Assembly: GCF_009914755.1 (NCBI RefSeq)
Contig: NC_060936.1
From: the human T2T-CHM13v2.0 reference genome, Homo sapiens
Length of the DNA: 64,000 bases
Direction: 5' to 3' (one strand)
In this document: positions 28,028 through 41,077 of the stretch, in pieces
How the letters are laid out: each line of letters opens with the position of its first letter
How positions within the stretch are numbered: position 1 is the stretch's first letter
Made by a program: the position numbers and the translations under genes
The notes under the pieces: model-generated
The model's database searches: none
The model's input: the letters and a program-made list of their open reading frames with translations, nothing else
Told to the model about the DNA's origin: nothing

Positions 28028-29890
28028 TTCCAGGGGCATTTTGATTTACATAATATTCATTTCACTTCCTCATTTAAACAAACCCACACAATAGAGACCT
28101 TACTGCATCTCTTTCTGAGCACAATCCTATCCTTCAGCATCCTTGAATTGCTTGGCCCTTTAAATTACAGAGGTTTATTCCAATGTCCCCTTGTGCCTCC
28201 ACAGGTTGTCTTTCATGTCAAATTTTTTTTCATGGTAATAAGAAAACAACTCTAGATGTGTTTAACACAGCAGCCAAGGTGTACCCACGGGGTATAATTA
28301 GCACTTAATATGTTAGAAAGAAAAGGTAAGGTATAATACAGTACTGCTTGAAACGAAAACGGAAAAAGGTACCAGGGAAAAAATTGCTTCAAAATTGCCT
28401 TTCTTCTTGAGGTACTCAGAAGTGATACTTACTGTGATTCTGTTAATTATGGAATAAAACAGGGGGTTACTTAACATATGCCATGCATCTCCTCTTTCAT
28501 TGAGGGAGTAAAATAGGCTGCCGGTGGATTGTTAATGTCATTTACAGGGACTGGCACCACTGAGAATTTCAAAACTCCAATCAGGTGCAAGGTAATGTTG
28601 ACAACTGATACTATTAACAGCACTTAACTTTTAAAAAAATAAATAAATAAATGTGGGTGTGTATGTGGAGAGGTATTATAGACTTCTGGGCTTTGGTTCA
28701 GTTTCTCCCACTCCTTCTGCAAGAGTGGTTGGATAACTGGCTCTTTGCCTTTATAATAAAGGATTCCAAACTCTCTCTGTTGTTGTTTTGTTTTGTCTTG
28801 TTTCCCCTCTTAGAATTATGGTTTCTAAAGGCCCCATGACTCATATTCAGAGTGTTTCTAATTTTGCCTGGTGGGTGGCACCTTTCTCTCACTTGTACCC
28901 TGTTCTTGGATTTAAGTAATCATTTCCAAAGACTACACTGTTTGAAAACTTAATTATCTATTAGATATAAGAATCCTTTGTTGCCCAGGAGTTTAAAAAT
29001 GCCACCAAAACGCATATGTCACGGGTCATCTTGAATTCAAAGCCTCAGGTATTTTTTAAAGCTCACACACATTTCATCAATTTTATCGAGTCCAAAGCAT
29101 TGGAGGATATAGAGTGAATTTCAGGATAAAAATGATCTTATTTGATTGAAATTACTTATTAATTTGTTGCAGCTGGGTAAAGGAGAGGACATTTTCTTTG
29201 CATCTTAAGTAATACAGTGAAAAGCATTAAACAGGATGGATTAGGACTTAATTCTCTAAATATTAAAAGACATGCCATTTGAGTTTAAGTCCTTCAAAGC
29301 TGGAGATGGTTCCAGTGATAGAAGCCAGATTTGTGCCTTGGTTTTTAAGATGTCTCCAAAGTTGAAGGTGGAATTACAGAGGGCCTAGATAAAGGTTACA
29401 GAACAAGACTGGATAAACCTAAGATTCCATTCAGATGGTCTTGAACTAAAAAATGAAGGTTTAAGTAACTTTAATGATGATGATACCACAATATCACAAG
29501 AAAAATAACACATCATCAACTGGTTCTGAGGTTAATTGCATTCTATATTAGTCACATTACACATTCTAGCACTTAGACAAGCTGTATGATGTACTGAACC
29601 AGAAAACAGTAAAACTAAATGAAAACATGTTGTGGAGAAATAAATGAAAAAATAATAGATGCCCACACACTAGGTCCCACCCATAATATTAATAGAGTGT
29701 ATCATTTCTGGATGATTTTAAGAACAATCTGTCAATGTTTTTGGTTGTTATTTCAATTCCTACTGCCAGATATTTTGACTATAAAAATTAAGCTAAATTG
29801 GAAATAATACTGTCCAGTCTTAACTTTCTATGATAATAGTGACCTAAATTATACTTGAGATTAATATAAAAAAATGACATTTGAAAATCA

Positions 29891-30091
<201 letters not shown>

Positions 30092-30404
30092 TACCATTTT
30101 TATTGATTCTAAGATGCATTTTGCCCAACATTTAAAAATCTCTGAAATTGGGGTGTGTCTGACAATGGTATCTCACAATTATAACTGATGGTATGTTTTC
30201 TTAGTAATACATAAAATAATAATACATCTGAAAATTGACGGTGTCTTACATTCTGCATAATATGGTAGTTTTGGTCATGGGTATTCTTACAGGCAAAGTA
30301 AGAGAATAAAAAATATTCCATTACTCTCTCAGAGTTGATTGTATTCACCTAAGTTTGTATTCACAGGGTACAAGTAATAGGTTATCCAGAGTTGCTTAAG
30401 TTTC

Positions 30405-30620
30405 TAGAGCTGTGCTGTCCACTACAGTAGCCACTACCCATATGTAACCATTTACATTTAAGTGGATTACTATTAAATAAAATGAAATATCAGCTTCTTA
30501 GTGGTACCAGGCAAATTTCAAGTGCTCAATAACCATAGGTGGCTATTGGCTATCATATTGAACAATGTGGATTTATAGGACATCTTCATCATCAAAGAAA
30601 GTTCCACTGGGCAATGCCAG
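30405..30620. mobile_element. MER3-like hAT-Charlie element
   Basis: GCTGTCCACTACAGTAGCCACTA...TTTCAAGTGCTCAATAACCATAGGTGGCTA...GAAAGTTC. Confidence 0.75.
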
Positions 30621-30709
30621 TATGGACTGCTGACTTTATATCACAAATTCTTTAGACTTGAACAGTAGTACGTGGAGCAAAGTCCCAGGCATTTTAGTAT
30701 CTATCTCAG

Positions 30710-30950
30710 GGGCAGCAGTTTGGTGTAGTTAATTCAAGCATGGGCTTTGAAATCAGACAGACGTAGGTTTGAATCTTGAATGTCAAACTTAGTGTGGTTA
30801 TCATCAGGTTTCTTGACTTCTCTAAGACTCAGTTTTTCATTCGTAAGATGAAAGATAATTGTGGTAACTACTTCATAGAGCTATTTAAAGAAGACAAAGG
30901 GTTAACCACAAAGCATAATAAGCATTCAATTAATGCTAGCTTTCATGATA
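30710..30950 (+). mobile_element. MIR
   Basis: GGCTTTGAAATCAGACAGAC...CTCTAAGACTCAGTTTTTCATTCGTAAGATG. Confidence 0.65.
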
Positions 30951-31459
30951 AGTCTTTTAGAATTTTGGTGACTAAGGTGTGGCCAAGTTGAGCATGATGG
31001 TGTGATAAGTGCTAAAGTATAATAAAAAATAAGGTGGTCCAGGAACAAAGAGAAGGGAATTTCTCTTTCTCAGTCAACCAGGAGAGGCAGGGAAGATTTA
31101 TCAGACGAGGTGATACTTAAACTGCATCTCAAAGGATGCCCAGATGTTCATTGGGCTGAAAAGGCTAAGGTTGGGATGTTTTTGCTGGAGAAAGAGCATG
31201 TATAATGTTACAAAAGCTTGAGAGAACTCCTGGCACTAAGATAAATGGATCTCATTTGGGAACAAGGTAAAGAATAGAGATTATTAGGAGCTGAGGCTGT
31301 GAATGTTTGTTGAAGCCAAATTGTAAGCCTGAGTGCCCTGCCAAAGACATTATCAAGATTTGAGGTAGGAACCCCATTGCAATAGTCTGGGTGAACACTG
31401 AGCAAAACACTAATGAGGAAGTGAAGAATTGTCTGCACTCACCACTTCCAATATGTCTT

Positions 31460-32830
31460 CTCCCATTTGCTCTTGAACCCACTCTATCAACCACCAAAGC
31501 CGCTCTTAACAGGATTACTAGTGACCTTCATATTGCTATGCCTTGTGAACCATGTCTGTCTTCACCTTTCTTGACCTGATAGCATCATCTCACACAGCTG
31601 ATCACTCTTTTCCCTTGGAACATTTTCTTCACTTGGCTTCCAGGAGATCACACTTTCTCCTACTTCATTGGATATTCCTTCTAAGTCTCCTTTGTTTATT
31701 TCTCCTCATTTCCACAACACTGAACACTGGAAGTCCCAGGGCTCAATCCTTTGGGCCTCTGGTCTTTCTTATGACTCCAAAGAGTTCAGTATCATGGCTT
31801 TATGTACACACTACATACTGATCACATTAAAAGGTTCAGCCCACTTCTCTAGCCTGAACTCCATATTTGTCTACCCAACAGCCCACTCATCATGTTCACT
31901 TGGATCTCTAAAGGGCTTGCTCACTTAACGTGTTCAAACCAAAATTCTTGATCTCCTCCCCCTGCAGTCACCCTCATTTGAGTCATCTAGACTCCTTGGA
32001 GTCATCCATTTCTTCTCTCTCTCTCACATCCCACATTCAATCTATCAGTCAATATCCTGTTGACTTTACCATCACAGTAAGCTCAGAATAACTCCACTTC
32101 TCACCATCTTACCTGCTACCATCTTGTTTGAGCATCCACCATTTCTCCCAAGTCTCCCAACTGCCTTCTCTGCTTCCACCTAATTCTCCATAGTGCCCCA
32201 CCTCCCACCCCCATCTATTCTCAAAACAACAGAGACATTCTGTTTCACGCGTGAGTTAGATCAGGTCACTCCATTCAATTCTCCAGCACCTTTCCATCTT
32301 CAAGTAAAAACAAGAGACATTAAAAGTGCCTACGTGTCCCTATGTAATATTCCCTGTCCCCTCTCCTCACCTCCTTCTCCCTTTGCTCACTCCACTACAG
32401 CAACACTGGCCCTCTTTCCACTTCTTGAACGTGATAAGTATGCTTCTGCCTCAGGCCCTTCATACCTGCTGTTCTCACTGCCAAACATGCTTCTCCTCCA
32501 GTTCCCAGTTTCTACGTGGCTCATCTACTCGTCTCTCCCAGTTGTTAGTCAAATGTCACTTTCTCACCGGAGCCTTCCCCGACCTCCTATTTAAAATCGG
32601 ACACTGCACCCAACACACTCCCTATCCCTTTACTTACTCATTTTTTTCCCAATGGTTCCCATCATTATTTAAAATTTGATATATATTAATCTATTTGGTC
32701 TATTATCTGTCTCCTCTCACTAGAATTTAAACTCCACGAGGTCAGGGATTTTTGTCTGCTTTTGTGCACTGCTGTATTTCCACGAGCTTCATGTACCTGG
32801 CCCATCAGTACTCAATAAACCTTTGTCAAG
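31460..32830 (+). mobile_element. L2 3' region
   Basis: Pyrimidine-rich L2 body; 3' end CACTAGAATTTAAACTCCACGAGGTCAGGGATTTTTGTCTG...CTCAATAAA. Confidence 0.8.
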
Positions 32831-34639
32831 AAAATTAATGCACACGTTTGCTTATTTGAGGGGGCTGAGGAAGATGGAGAAGGTGAGAAGTCATTCACAT
32901 ATTTATAACATTTAGTGCACATCTCCCATATGCCACATACTGTGCTAGATGCTAAAGATCCAAGTGACTTAGGCAGTTGGGTATGTAGTGATGCCAGCAA
33001 CCAAGACAGAGAAACTGGCAAAGGAACAGGAATGCTGAGAACACTTGTTGAGTTCCGATGCCTATGGGACATCCAGGTGTAGATTCCAATCATAAGCTGG
33101 AACCAATTCCAAAATCCACGTTGATCCACCATGCAGGAGCCAGACTGAAAGGGGAGGTTAGAGGGCCTCCCTGGAGCACTGAGCCACAGTGCACACCTGG
33201 GCAGTAATTCCATCCTCTGCACTGTCTTCAACTACAAAGAATAAAGTAAACATTCATAATACTTGCTTCTTAGAATTAATTGACCTCATATGTGTAGAGC
33301 CCTCAGCTTCCCAGATGAAAGGTGTTACAGAACTACAAAGTTAATCTTGCTGACTCAGTGGGAAGGCTGGTGCCCGGAATTATCATGGCCCTGACTGGAG
33401 GCATCTGGGTATCCATCTTGATGTTCCTCTCCAAGAGTTGACCCAGACTCTGCCTAATCTCCCAGTGAGATCTAAAATACTCTCAGAAAGGAAACCAAGC
33501 ATGCTTAATAAAGAATAAGAATTTGATATAACTATGAACCTCTGGGGGAGAAAAATTACTTCAAATACATTAGTCAAGAAAGAAAGTTCTTTTATACAAA
33601 AAAAAAAAAAAAAAAGATTTGGATGATTTCCAGCAATGCAAGATTTCAAAAAAGGAGTAAGAGAGAGGGCAAGGATGTCTGTTTTCTCCCAATTCCAGTG
33701 GGCATTGTGGTGAAGGAGGTGAATAGTTTGCACAGAGGACTAAGGATAGCTTGTTAACAGATGGCTTACCTACTCAAAGAAAGAATTATCTTTGAGGAGC
33801 AAATATAAAAGAAGCAAATGTGTTGACTCACTCATACTGACAAAGAAAGAATGTGACTTTAAGGATATGTTTCTCAGACCTTAAAGGCTATTTGCAGCAG
33901 GGAAGCTTATCGCGGAGGGGTGGGGTTGCACTGAGGGTGGGTGTAGGGGAAGAGAAGGTGTCTAAATTCTGGAACCTTTTATTAAAGCTTGTTTTCCTTG
34001 TCTGAATCTTTTGGTTCCTGTATCTGTGACAGTATTCATAACTCAGCCCCAGTGTGCCAACAAACCCCATATGTTTCAGTTCTCTCCTTATCTTTTAAGC
34101 CAAGATAAGGTTGAAATGAGTGTATTGCAAGAGATTTGTGACAGAATACGCACACAAACACACACGGTGGCGGAGGGTGCGGACCGTGTCTTACTCATCT
34201 TTGTTTCCTTCACTGCAAATAACTCAAGACTTACACAAAGAAAACACTCAATAAATTTCTCAATTAAATGTGCATATTCTTAAGACAAAAAAAGAAGAGC
34301 GTCCTCTGTGGAGAAGGTCTTTCTTTATAGATTGAGGGAAGTAGCTGTGGGTCAGATAACAGGAGTCAGTGAGCAGAAAAACCAACTCTGGCCATATTCA
34401 GAAAGAACACTTTCTGTCCCCACTCCACTTCTCATTCATTTATTCATCTAACAGCCTTTCAATCAATATACACATTTTATTGGCTACCATCTGCCAGGCT
34501 TTGAATGCTGGGAACATAACAATGAACAGGACAAGGCCCTGCCACTAAATCGATAGTGTAGTGTGGGAGAAAGAGATTAATAGAAACAATATTCAATATC
34601 AGGTACTACAGTGATCTCTTTTGCTAGGATTATTTCATT

Positions 34640-34810
34640 CAGTCTATTTCTTCTCACATTTTAACATACCTGCAAATCATCTGTAAATTTCTTAAAAATG
34701 CAGATTCTGTTTCAGTCTTTCTGGGATAGGGCCTGGGATTCTGCATTTCTACTAAGCTCCCAGGTGATACCTATGCCAAAGATTCTAAAACCACGCGTTG
34801 AGTATTAAGG
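34640..34810. mobile_element. MER5-like hAT element
   Basis: TTAAAAATGCAGATTC...GGGCCTGGGATTCTGCATTTCTACTAAGCTCCCAGGTGAT. Confidence 0.75.
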
Positions 34811-36063
34811 ATTTAAACATTCCAGCAATTCTGTGTGGAAGGAGCTATCATTCCCTCCATTAAAGAGAAGAAAACCAGGGCTTGGTGAAATTACATGATT
34901 CATCTATAGCATCATGAACAGGGTGTTATGTGACCCACCAAGCCATGAAGCTGGGCATGCACAGCAGCACTCCATCATCAGATAGAAGTGGTATATGCGC
35001 AATCAGGCCCAAGCAGGCCCTTAAAGCAAAAGTGAATTACATGAAGTGGTCCAAATGCCCATGGTCCCCTCTTCTGCTATGCTGTCTTCTCTCTCCCAGC
35101 CTGCATCTATGGCCTCATGGGGCATTCCCTATGATCAGCTGACAGAGGAAGAGAAAACATGGGCTTTGTTTTTAGATCTGCATGATATGCAGGCACCACC
35201 CAAAAGTGGACAGCTGCATTACTAAAGTCCCTCTCTGGGACATCCCTGAAAGACAATAGTGAAGGAAAAATCTTCTAACTGGGCAGAACTTTGGGTAGTG
35301 CACCTGCCTGTGCACTTTCCTTGAAAGTAGAAATGGCCAAGTGTGAAATTATAAACCAATTTGTGGGCTGTAGCCAATGGTTGGTCAAGATGGTCAGGAA
35401 CTTGGAAGGAATGTGATAGGAAAATTTGTGATGAAGAAATATGTGGACAGACCTCTCTGAATGAGCAAAAAAAGGTGAAAATATTTGTATCTCATATGAA
35501 TGTTCACTGAAGGGTGACCTCAGTAAAGGAGAATTTTAATAATCAAGTGGATAGGATGACTTGTTATGTGGATACCAGTCAGCCTGTTTCTGCAGCCACA
35601 CCAGTCATCCCCCAGTGGGGCAGGGATGGGGGTTACACATGGGCTTAGCAATATGCACTTCACTCACTAAGGCTGATCTGGCTATGACCACCACTAAGTG
35701 TCCAATCTGCCAGCAGCAGAAACCAACACTGAGCCCCCATATGGAACCATTCCCCAGGGTAATCAGCTGGGTACCTGGTGGCAGATTGATTACAGTGGAC
35801 CACTTTCATCATGGAAAGGGCAGCATTTTGTCCCTACTGGAATAGACATTTACTCTGGATATGGATTTGCCTTCCCTGAATGCAATTCTTCTGTCAATAC
35901 TACCATGTGTGGACTTACAGAAGCCTATCCACTGTCATGCTATTCCATGCAGCATTGCTTCTGACCAAGGAACTCACTTCAGTGACAGAAGTATGGCAAT
36001 AAGCCCATGCTCATGGATTCGCTGGTCTTACCGTGTCCCCCACCATCCTGAAGCAGCTTTCTT

Positions 36064-37506
36064 TTTTTTTAACTAAAAAGTAAACTTTAATGTCGAAAAT
36101 GCAAACTTGGGGAAGACAGAAAAGATCACACACAAGGCTGTCACTTCACACTTGGAAGGTTGCACGGCCACCAGTCAGAGGCGCTCCTCACTTCCCAGAT
36201 GGGGTGACAGCTGGGCAGAGGCGCTCCTCACTTGCCAGATGGTGGGCAGCCGAGCAGAGGGACACCTCACTTCCCAGATGGGGTGGCCGGGCAGAGGCGC
36301 TCCTCACTTCCCAGACAGCTGGGCAGCTAGGCAGAGGCGCTCCTCACTTCCGAGACGGTGGGCAGCCGGGCAGTGGCGCTCCCGACATCCCAGATGGAGT
36401 GGCAGCCGAGCAGGGACGCTCCTCACTTCCTAGACGGGGTGGCAGCCGGGCAGAGGCGCTCAATTCCCAGACGAGTCAGCCGGGCAGAGGCGCTCCTCAC
36501 TTCCCAGTCAATTGGGCAGCCGGGGAGAGGCCCTCCTCACTTCCCAGTCAATTGGGCGGCCGGGGAGAGGCGCTTCTCACTTCCCAAACAGGGCAGTGGC
36601 CAGGCAGAGGCACTCCTCACTTCCCAGACTGTGGGTGGCTGGGCAAAGGCCCTCATCACTTCCCAGATGGTTGGCGGCCAGGCAGGGGTGCTCCTCACAT
36701 CCCAGATGGGGTGGCAGCCGGGCAGAGGTGCTCCTCACTTCCCAGACAGTTGGCAGCCAGGCAGAGGTGCTTCTCACTTCCCAGATGGGGCAGCGGCCGG
36801 GCAGAGGCACTCCTCACTTCCCAGACGCTTTGGCAGCCGGGCAGAGGCACTCCTCACTTCCCAGCCGGTTGGCCGGCCAGGCAGAGGCGCTCCTCACTTC
36901 CCAGATGGTTGGGGGCCGGGCAGAGGCACTCCTCACTTCCCAGACGCTTTGGCAGGCGGGCAGAGGCACTCCTCACTTCCCAGCCGGTTGGCCAGCCAGG
37001 CAGAGGCACTCCTCACTTCCCAGATGGTTGGGGGCCGGGCAGAGGCACTCCTCACTTCCCAGACGCTTTGGCAGGCGGGCAGAGGCACTCCTCACTTCCC
37101 AGCCGGTTGGCCGGCCAGGCAGAGGCGCTCCTCACTTCCCAGATGGTTGGCGGCCAGGCTGAGGTGCTCCTCACTTCCCAGTCAGTTGGGCAGCCAGGCA
37201 GAGGCGCTCCTCACGTGCCAGAGGGTGGGGAGCCCGGCAAAGGCGCTTCTCACTTCCCAGACAGGGTGGTCGGACAGAGACACTCCTCACTTCCCAGACT
37301 GTCAGGTGGCCGGGCAGAGGCGCTCCTCACTTGCCAGTCAGTTGGGCGGCCGGGCAGAGGAGCTCTTTACTTCCCAGTCAGTTGGGGGGCCGGGGAGAGG
37401 CGCTCCTCACTTCCCAGACAGGGCGGCGGCCAGGCAGAGGCGCTCCTCACTTCCCAGACAGCGGGCAGCTGGGCAGAAGCGCTCCTCACTTCCCTGACGG
37501 GGAGGG
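36064..37506 (-). mobile_element. SVA2-type retroposon (SVA VNTR, unique 3' end, poly(A))
   Basis: About 40-bp units GGGCAGAGGCGCTCCTCACTTCCCAGA; minus-strand 3' tail GTGCAACCTTCCAAGTGTGAAGTGACAGCC...CATTAAAGTTTACTTTTTAGTT then A-tract; 16-bp TSD CTGAAGCAGCTTTCTT at 36048-36063 and 37507-37522; no SINE-R, Alu-like or CCCTCT domain. Confidence 0.9.
36166..37506. repeat. GC-rich SVA-type VNTR, roughly 34 units of about 40 bp
   Basis: Recurrent core CTCCTCACTTCCCAG; 119-bp trimer periodicity at 36821, 36940, 37059. Confidence 0.95.
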
Positions 37507-38648
37507 CTGAAGCAGCTTTCTTGATAGAACAGCGAATGGCCTTTTAAAGACTTGATTATAGTGCCTACTAGGTGGCAGATACCTGCAAGGCTGGGGCACA
37601 TATCTCTATAAGGCTGTGTATGCTCTGAATCAGCATCCAACTATATGGTACTGTTTCTCTCATAGCCAGGATTCATAGGTCCAGGAATCAAGGGATGAAA
37701 GTGAGAGTGGCATCACTCACTATTACCCCAAGTGATCCACTAGCAAGATTTTTGCTTCCTGTTCCTAAGATTTTATGCTCTGCTGGTCTAAAGGTCTTAG
37801 TTCCAGAGAGAGAAACGCTTTCACCAGCAACATCACAACAAGGATTCCACTGAACTGGAAGTTAAGGTTGCCACCCAGTCACTGTGCCTCTGAGTCAATA
37901 GGCCAAGAGGGCATTTCTGGTGTTGGCTGGGGTGATTGAGCCAGATTACTAAGGGGAAATTGAACTGCTATTCCACAATGCAAATAAGGAAGAATATGTC
38001 TAGAATACAGGAGATCGCTTAGGGTGTCTCTTAATATTATTAATACCATGCTCTTTGATTAAGATCAATGGGAAACTACAATAATCCAACCCAGGCAGAC
38101 TATGAATGGCCCAGACCCTTCAGGAATAAAGGCTGGGTCCCACCCCACCAGGTAAAGAACCATGACTAGCTGAAGTGCTACTGAAGGCAAAGGGAATACA
38201 GAATGGGTAGTAGAAGAAAGTGGTTATAAATACCAGGTATGACCATGTGACCAGTTACAGAAACAAGGACTGTAATTGTCATGAGTATTTCCTCCCTATG
38301 GTGTTATGAATATGTTTGTGTATATATATACATATATTAAGTAAATATCTTTCTTTTCTTTCCTCTTTCATTCTCTTATCATGTAACAACATAAGATGTA
38401 TTGAGTCTATATCGACATTTAAGTGTTATTAATTTTACATCACAGTATTTAAGTTACAGGATATCGAAGAGAAAGTAAACATCACTCCAGAACTTCACTT
38501 TCTCTCCAGGGGAAGAGATTAATGCATATCTTGGTTGTATGCAGGAGAGTTGTCTCGTATTCAATGGAATCATGACCTTGTCTTTATTTGGAGATTAAGT
38601 TTGGTTTAAGGAGATGCGCTTGTGTGGCAAGTTGACAAGAGGTGGATT

Positions 38649-39175
38649 TGCAATGGTTAATTTTAGGTGTCAACTTGACTGGGTCAAGGGTTGCTCAGAT
38701 AACTGGTAAAACATGATTTCTGGGTGTGTTTATGAGGGTGTTTCTGGCAGAGACTGGCATTTGAATCAGTGGACTGAGTAAAGAAGACTCATGCTTACCA
38801 CTGTGGGTGGGTAACATCCAATCTGTTGAGGGCCTGGATAGAACTAAAAGGCAGAGGAAGGGCTCTCTTCTTCATTCTCTATTCTGGAGCTAGAATATCC
38901 ATCTTCTCCTGCCCACAGGCCCCAGCACTCCAGGTTCTTGGGCCTTTGGACTCTGTGACTTACACCAGAGGGCACTCCTGCCAACCCGGTTCTCAGGCCC
39001 TTGGCCTCAGGTTGAGTTACACCACCAGCTTTCTGGCTCTCCAGTGGGCAGACAGCATATCCTGGGACTTCTTGGCCTCCACAATCACATGAGCCAATCC
39101 CCATAAAAAATCTCCTCTTATGTATCTCTATATATCCTGTTGGTTCTGTTTATCTGGAGAACTCTGACTAGTACA
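38649..39175 (+). mobile_element. MLT2 LTR (3' LTR of the ERV-L)
   Basis: TGCAATGGTTAATTTTAGGTGTCAACTTGACTGGG start and TCTGGAGAACTCTGACTAGTACA end are MLT2 termini. Confidence 0.92.
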
Positions 39176-40733
39176 GTCACACAGCTAGTAAATGCTGGAA
39201 ACAGGTACAAATCCAAATCTATTATATTAACCACCTCTCCCCATACTGCCTCTAAGACAACTAGTAGAAAAGACCTCCTAAGGGAGAAGACAGAAACAAC
39301 ACTGGGACTTAATTATGTAATATGGAGTCTAGTGCAGTGTTGCTTCCCTTGTTTTTGAGTATTGCTCTCCCTCCAGCCTTTTTAGACTTTTTTCCCTTAT
39401 CTCTACCTTCCATGAAATTTTAATACTGCAGATATACTGTCTATTTATTTATGTACTCTGGTCCTTTGGAGAGCCACAAATCACTGCAATATCTAAAGTT
39501 TTCTTCACTCTCCTCTCTCCCACCCACCTCTCCAGAACCCATTTTTATGTCACTGGGGGCTATATTGTCCCAATGAGAATGCATGATCGGTATACTTTGC
39601 TCACCTTGTAGGATATACCATTGATTTCACAGAATCACAAAATCTCAGGGTTGAAAATAACTTGAAGGCCATTTACTCTTTTGCAAGAACCTTAACAAGT
39701 GACAATATATCCTGTACTTGGACACTTATAGCAATGGAGAACTCACTACTTGACATGGCAGCCCCATTCATCTCTGGAGGGCTCTTTACTAGAAAGCACT
39801 CTCTTATTTTGAGCCCAAATCTAGCATGTCAAACTTTATTTCACTAGTCAGTTATTTCCTTTGTTGCTGAACAGAAGGTGCAAAGTTAGGTACAATAGAG
39901 GGTAGAAACATGCCGAATATTTGGTTTCTAGGGACCAGACCAGAAACTGGTAATTGTATATGTTTGTATTATGGAAATTCTCTTGTGGTTCACCTATTTC
40001 AAACCTTATGTCTCTAGACTTTGTATCTCTAATAATACAGTGTGAAGTTTCTCTAGTGTTTTGAAGAAGCCATATCATACTTTGTCATCTTACTATGAAC
40101 AAAAATTTCTCAGTATTAGTGTTGTTTTTAGAGATGATGGAATTGGTACAATAAAAAGGAATGGAATAGAGGTAAGAAGATTAGGGTATAATTTTTAAAA
40201 TGGGGGCTACTTTTTTTTATTTAAAATAACAGTGGTAATCAGTTGTAGAACTAAAAGTGTTAATATAACTATAAAATATGAGTGGAGAGGAGGGAAAAGG
40301 AGATGAGTGACAGTGAGATGAGGATGAGCTAAGCCCTCATGTTTCACAGTGGGAATCAATAGCACTGCCTAAAAGTGATAAATTGAGAAGTAGAGAAACA
40401 GACATATTTTGAGTAATGAAAATAGCTATGAAACTCTAAAGCCAGAAGCAGAAAGAGGAGTAGGATAGAGGACGGTTGGAAGATTCTTGCTTTTCTTCAT
40501 AACTTCTTTTAAACCATCTGACTTTTAACCAAACACATATACACATTAATTAAAATTAAAAACAAAAGAATAATGCAATTTTAAAAACCACCGTAGTGGT
40601 CTCTAAAACAGACAGGTCACTGTCTGTTGGCCTGACTGGAATAAGTCACCTAATCTTGGATTTAAATTTCTCACCTGTAAAGTGAGAAATGGGCTACATC
40701 AGTGGTTTTCAATGTTTTAAAAATAAAATATTA

Positions 40734-41077
<344 letters not shown>

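Larger units (their letters stand above)
34910..38648 (+). mobile_element. ERV-L internal region remnant (RT connection/RNase H, integrase, dUTPase), degraded and 5'-truncated
   Basis: Broken frames give LTKADLA..CPICQQQKP (integrase zinc finger), WQIDYSGPL, GIDIYSGYGFAFP, SDQGTHF, HHPEAA.LIE (integrase core) and PLNWKLRLPP, VLAGVIEPDY (dUTPase, about 37848-37980); polypurine-tract-like AAGTTGACAAGAGGTGGA before the LTR. Confidence 0.92.

Noticed and set aside
32193-32679. 133-aa and 117-aa ORFs
   Set aside because: Within a pyrimidine-rich L2 remnant; no recognisable domain.
36166-37506. CRISPR-like repeat/spacer array
   Set aside because: The variable parts are short, related to one another and recur; it is a eukaryotic VNTR with no cas genes.
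36090-37547. 485-aa ORF as a real gene
   Set aside because: Lies almost wholly in an SVA-type VNTR bounded by TSDs; several frames are open at once, typical of stop-poor repeats.
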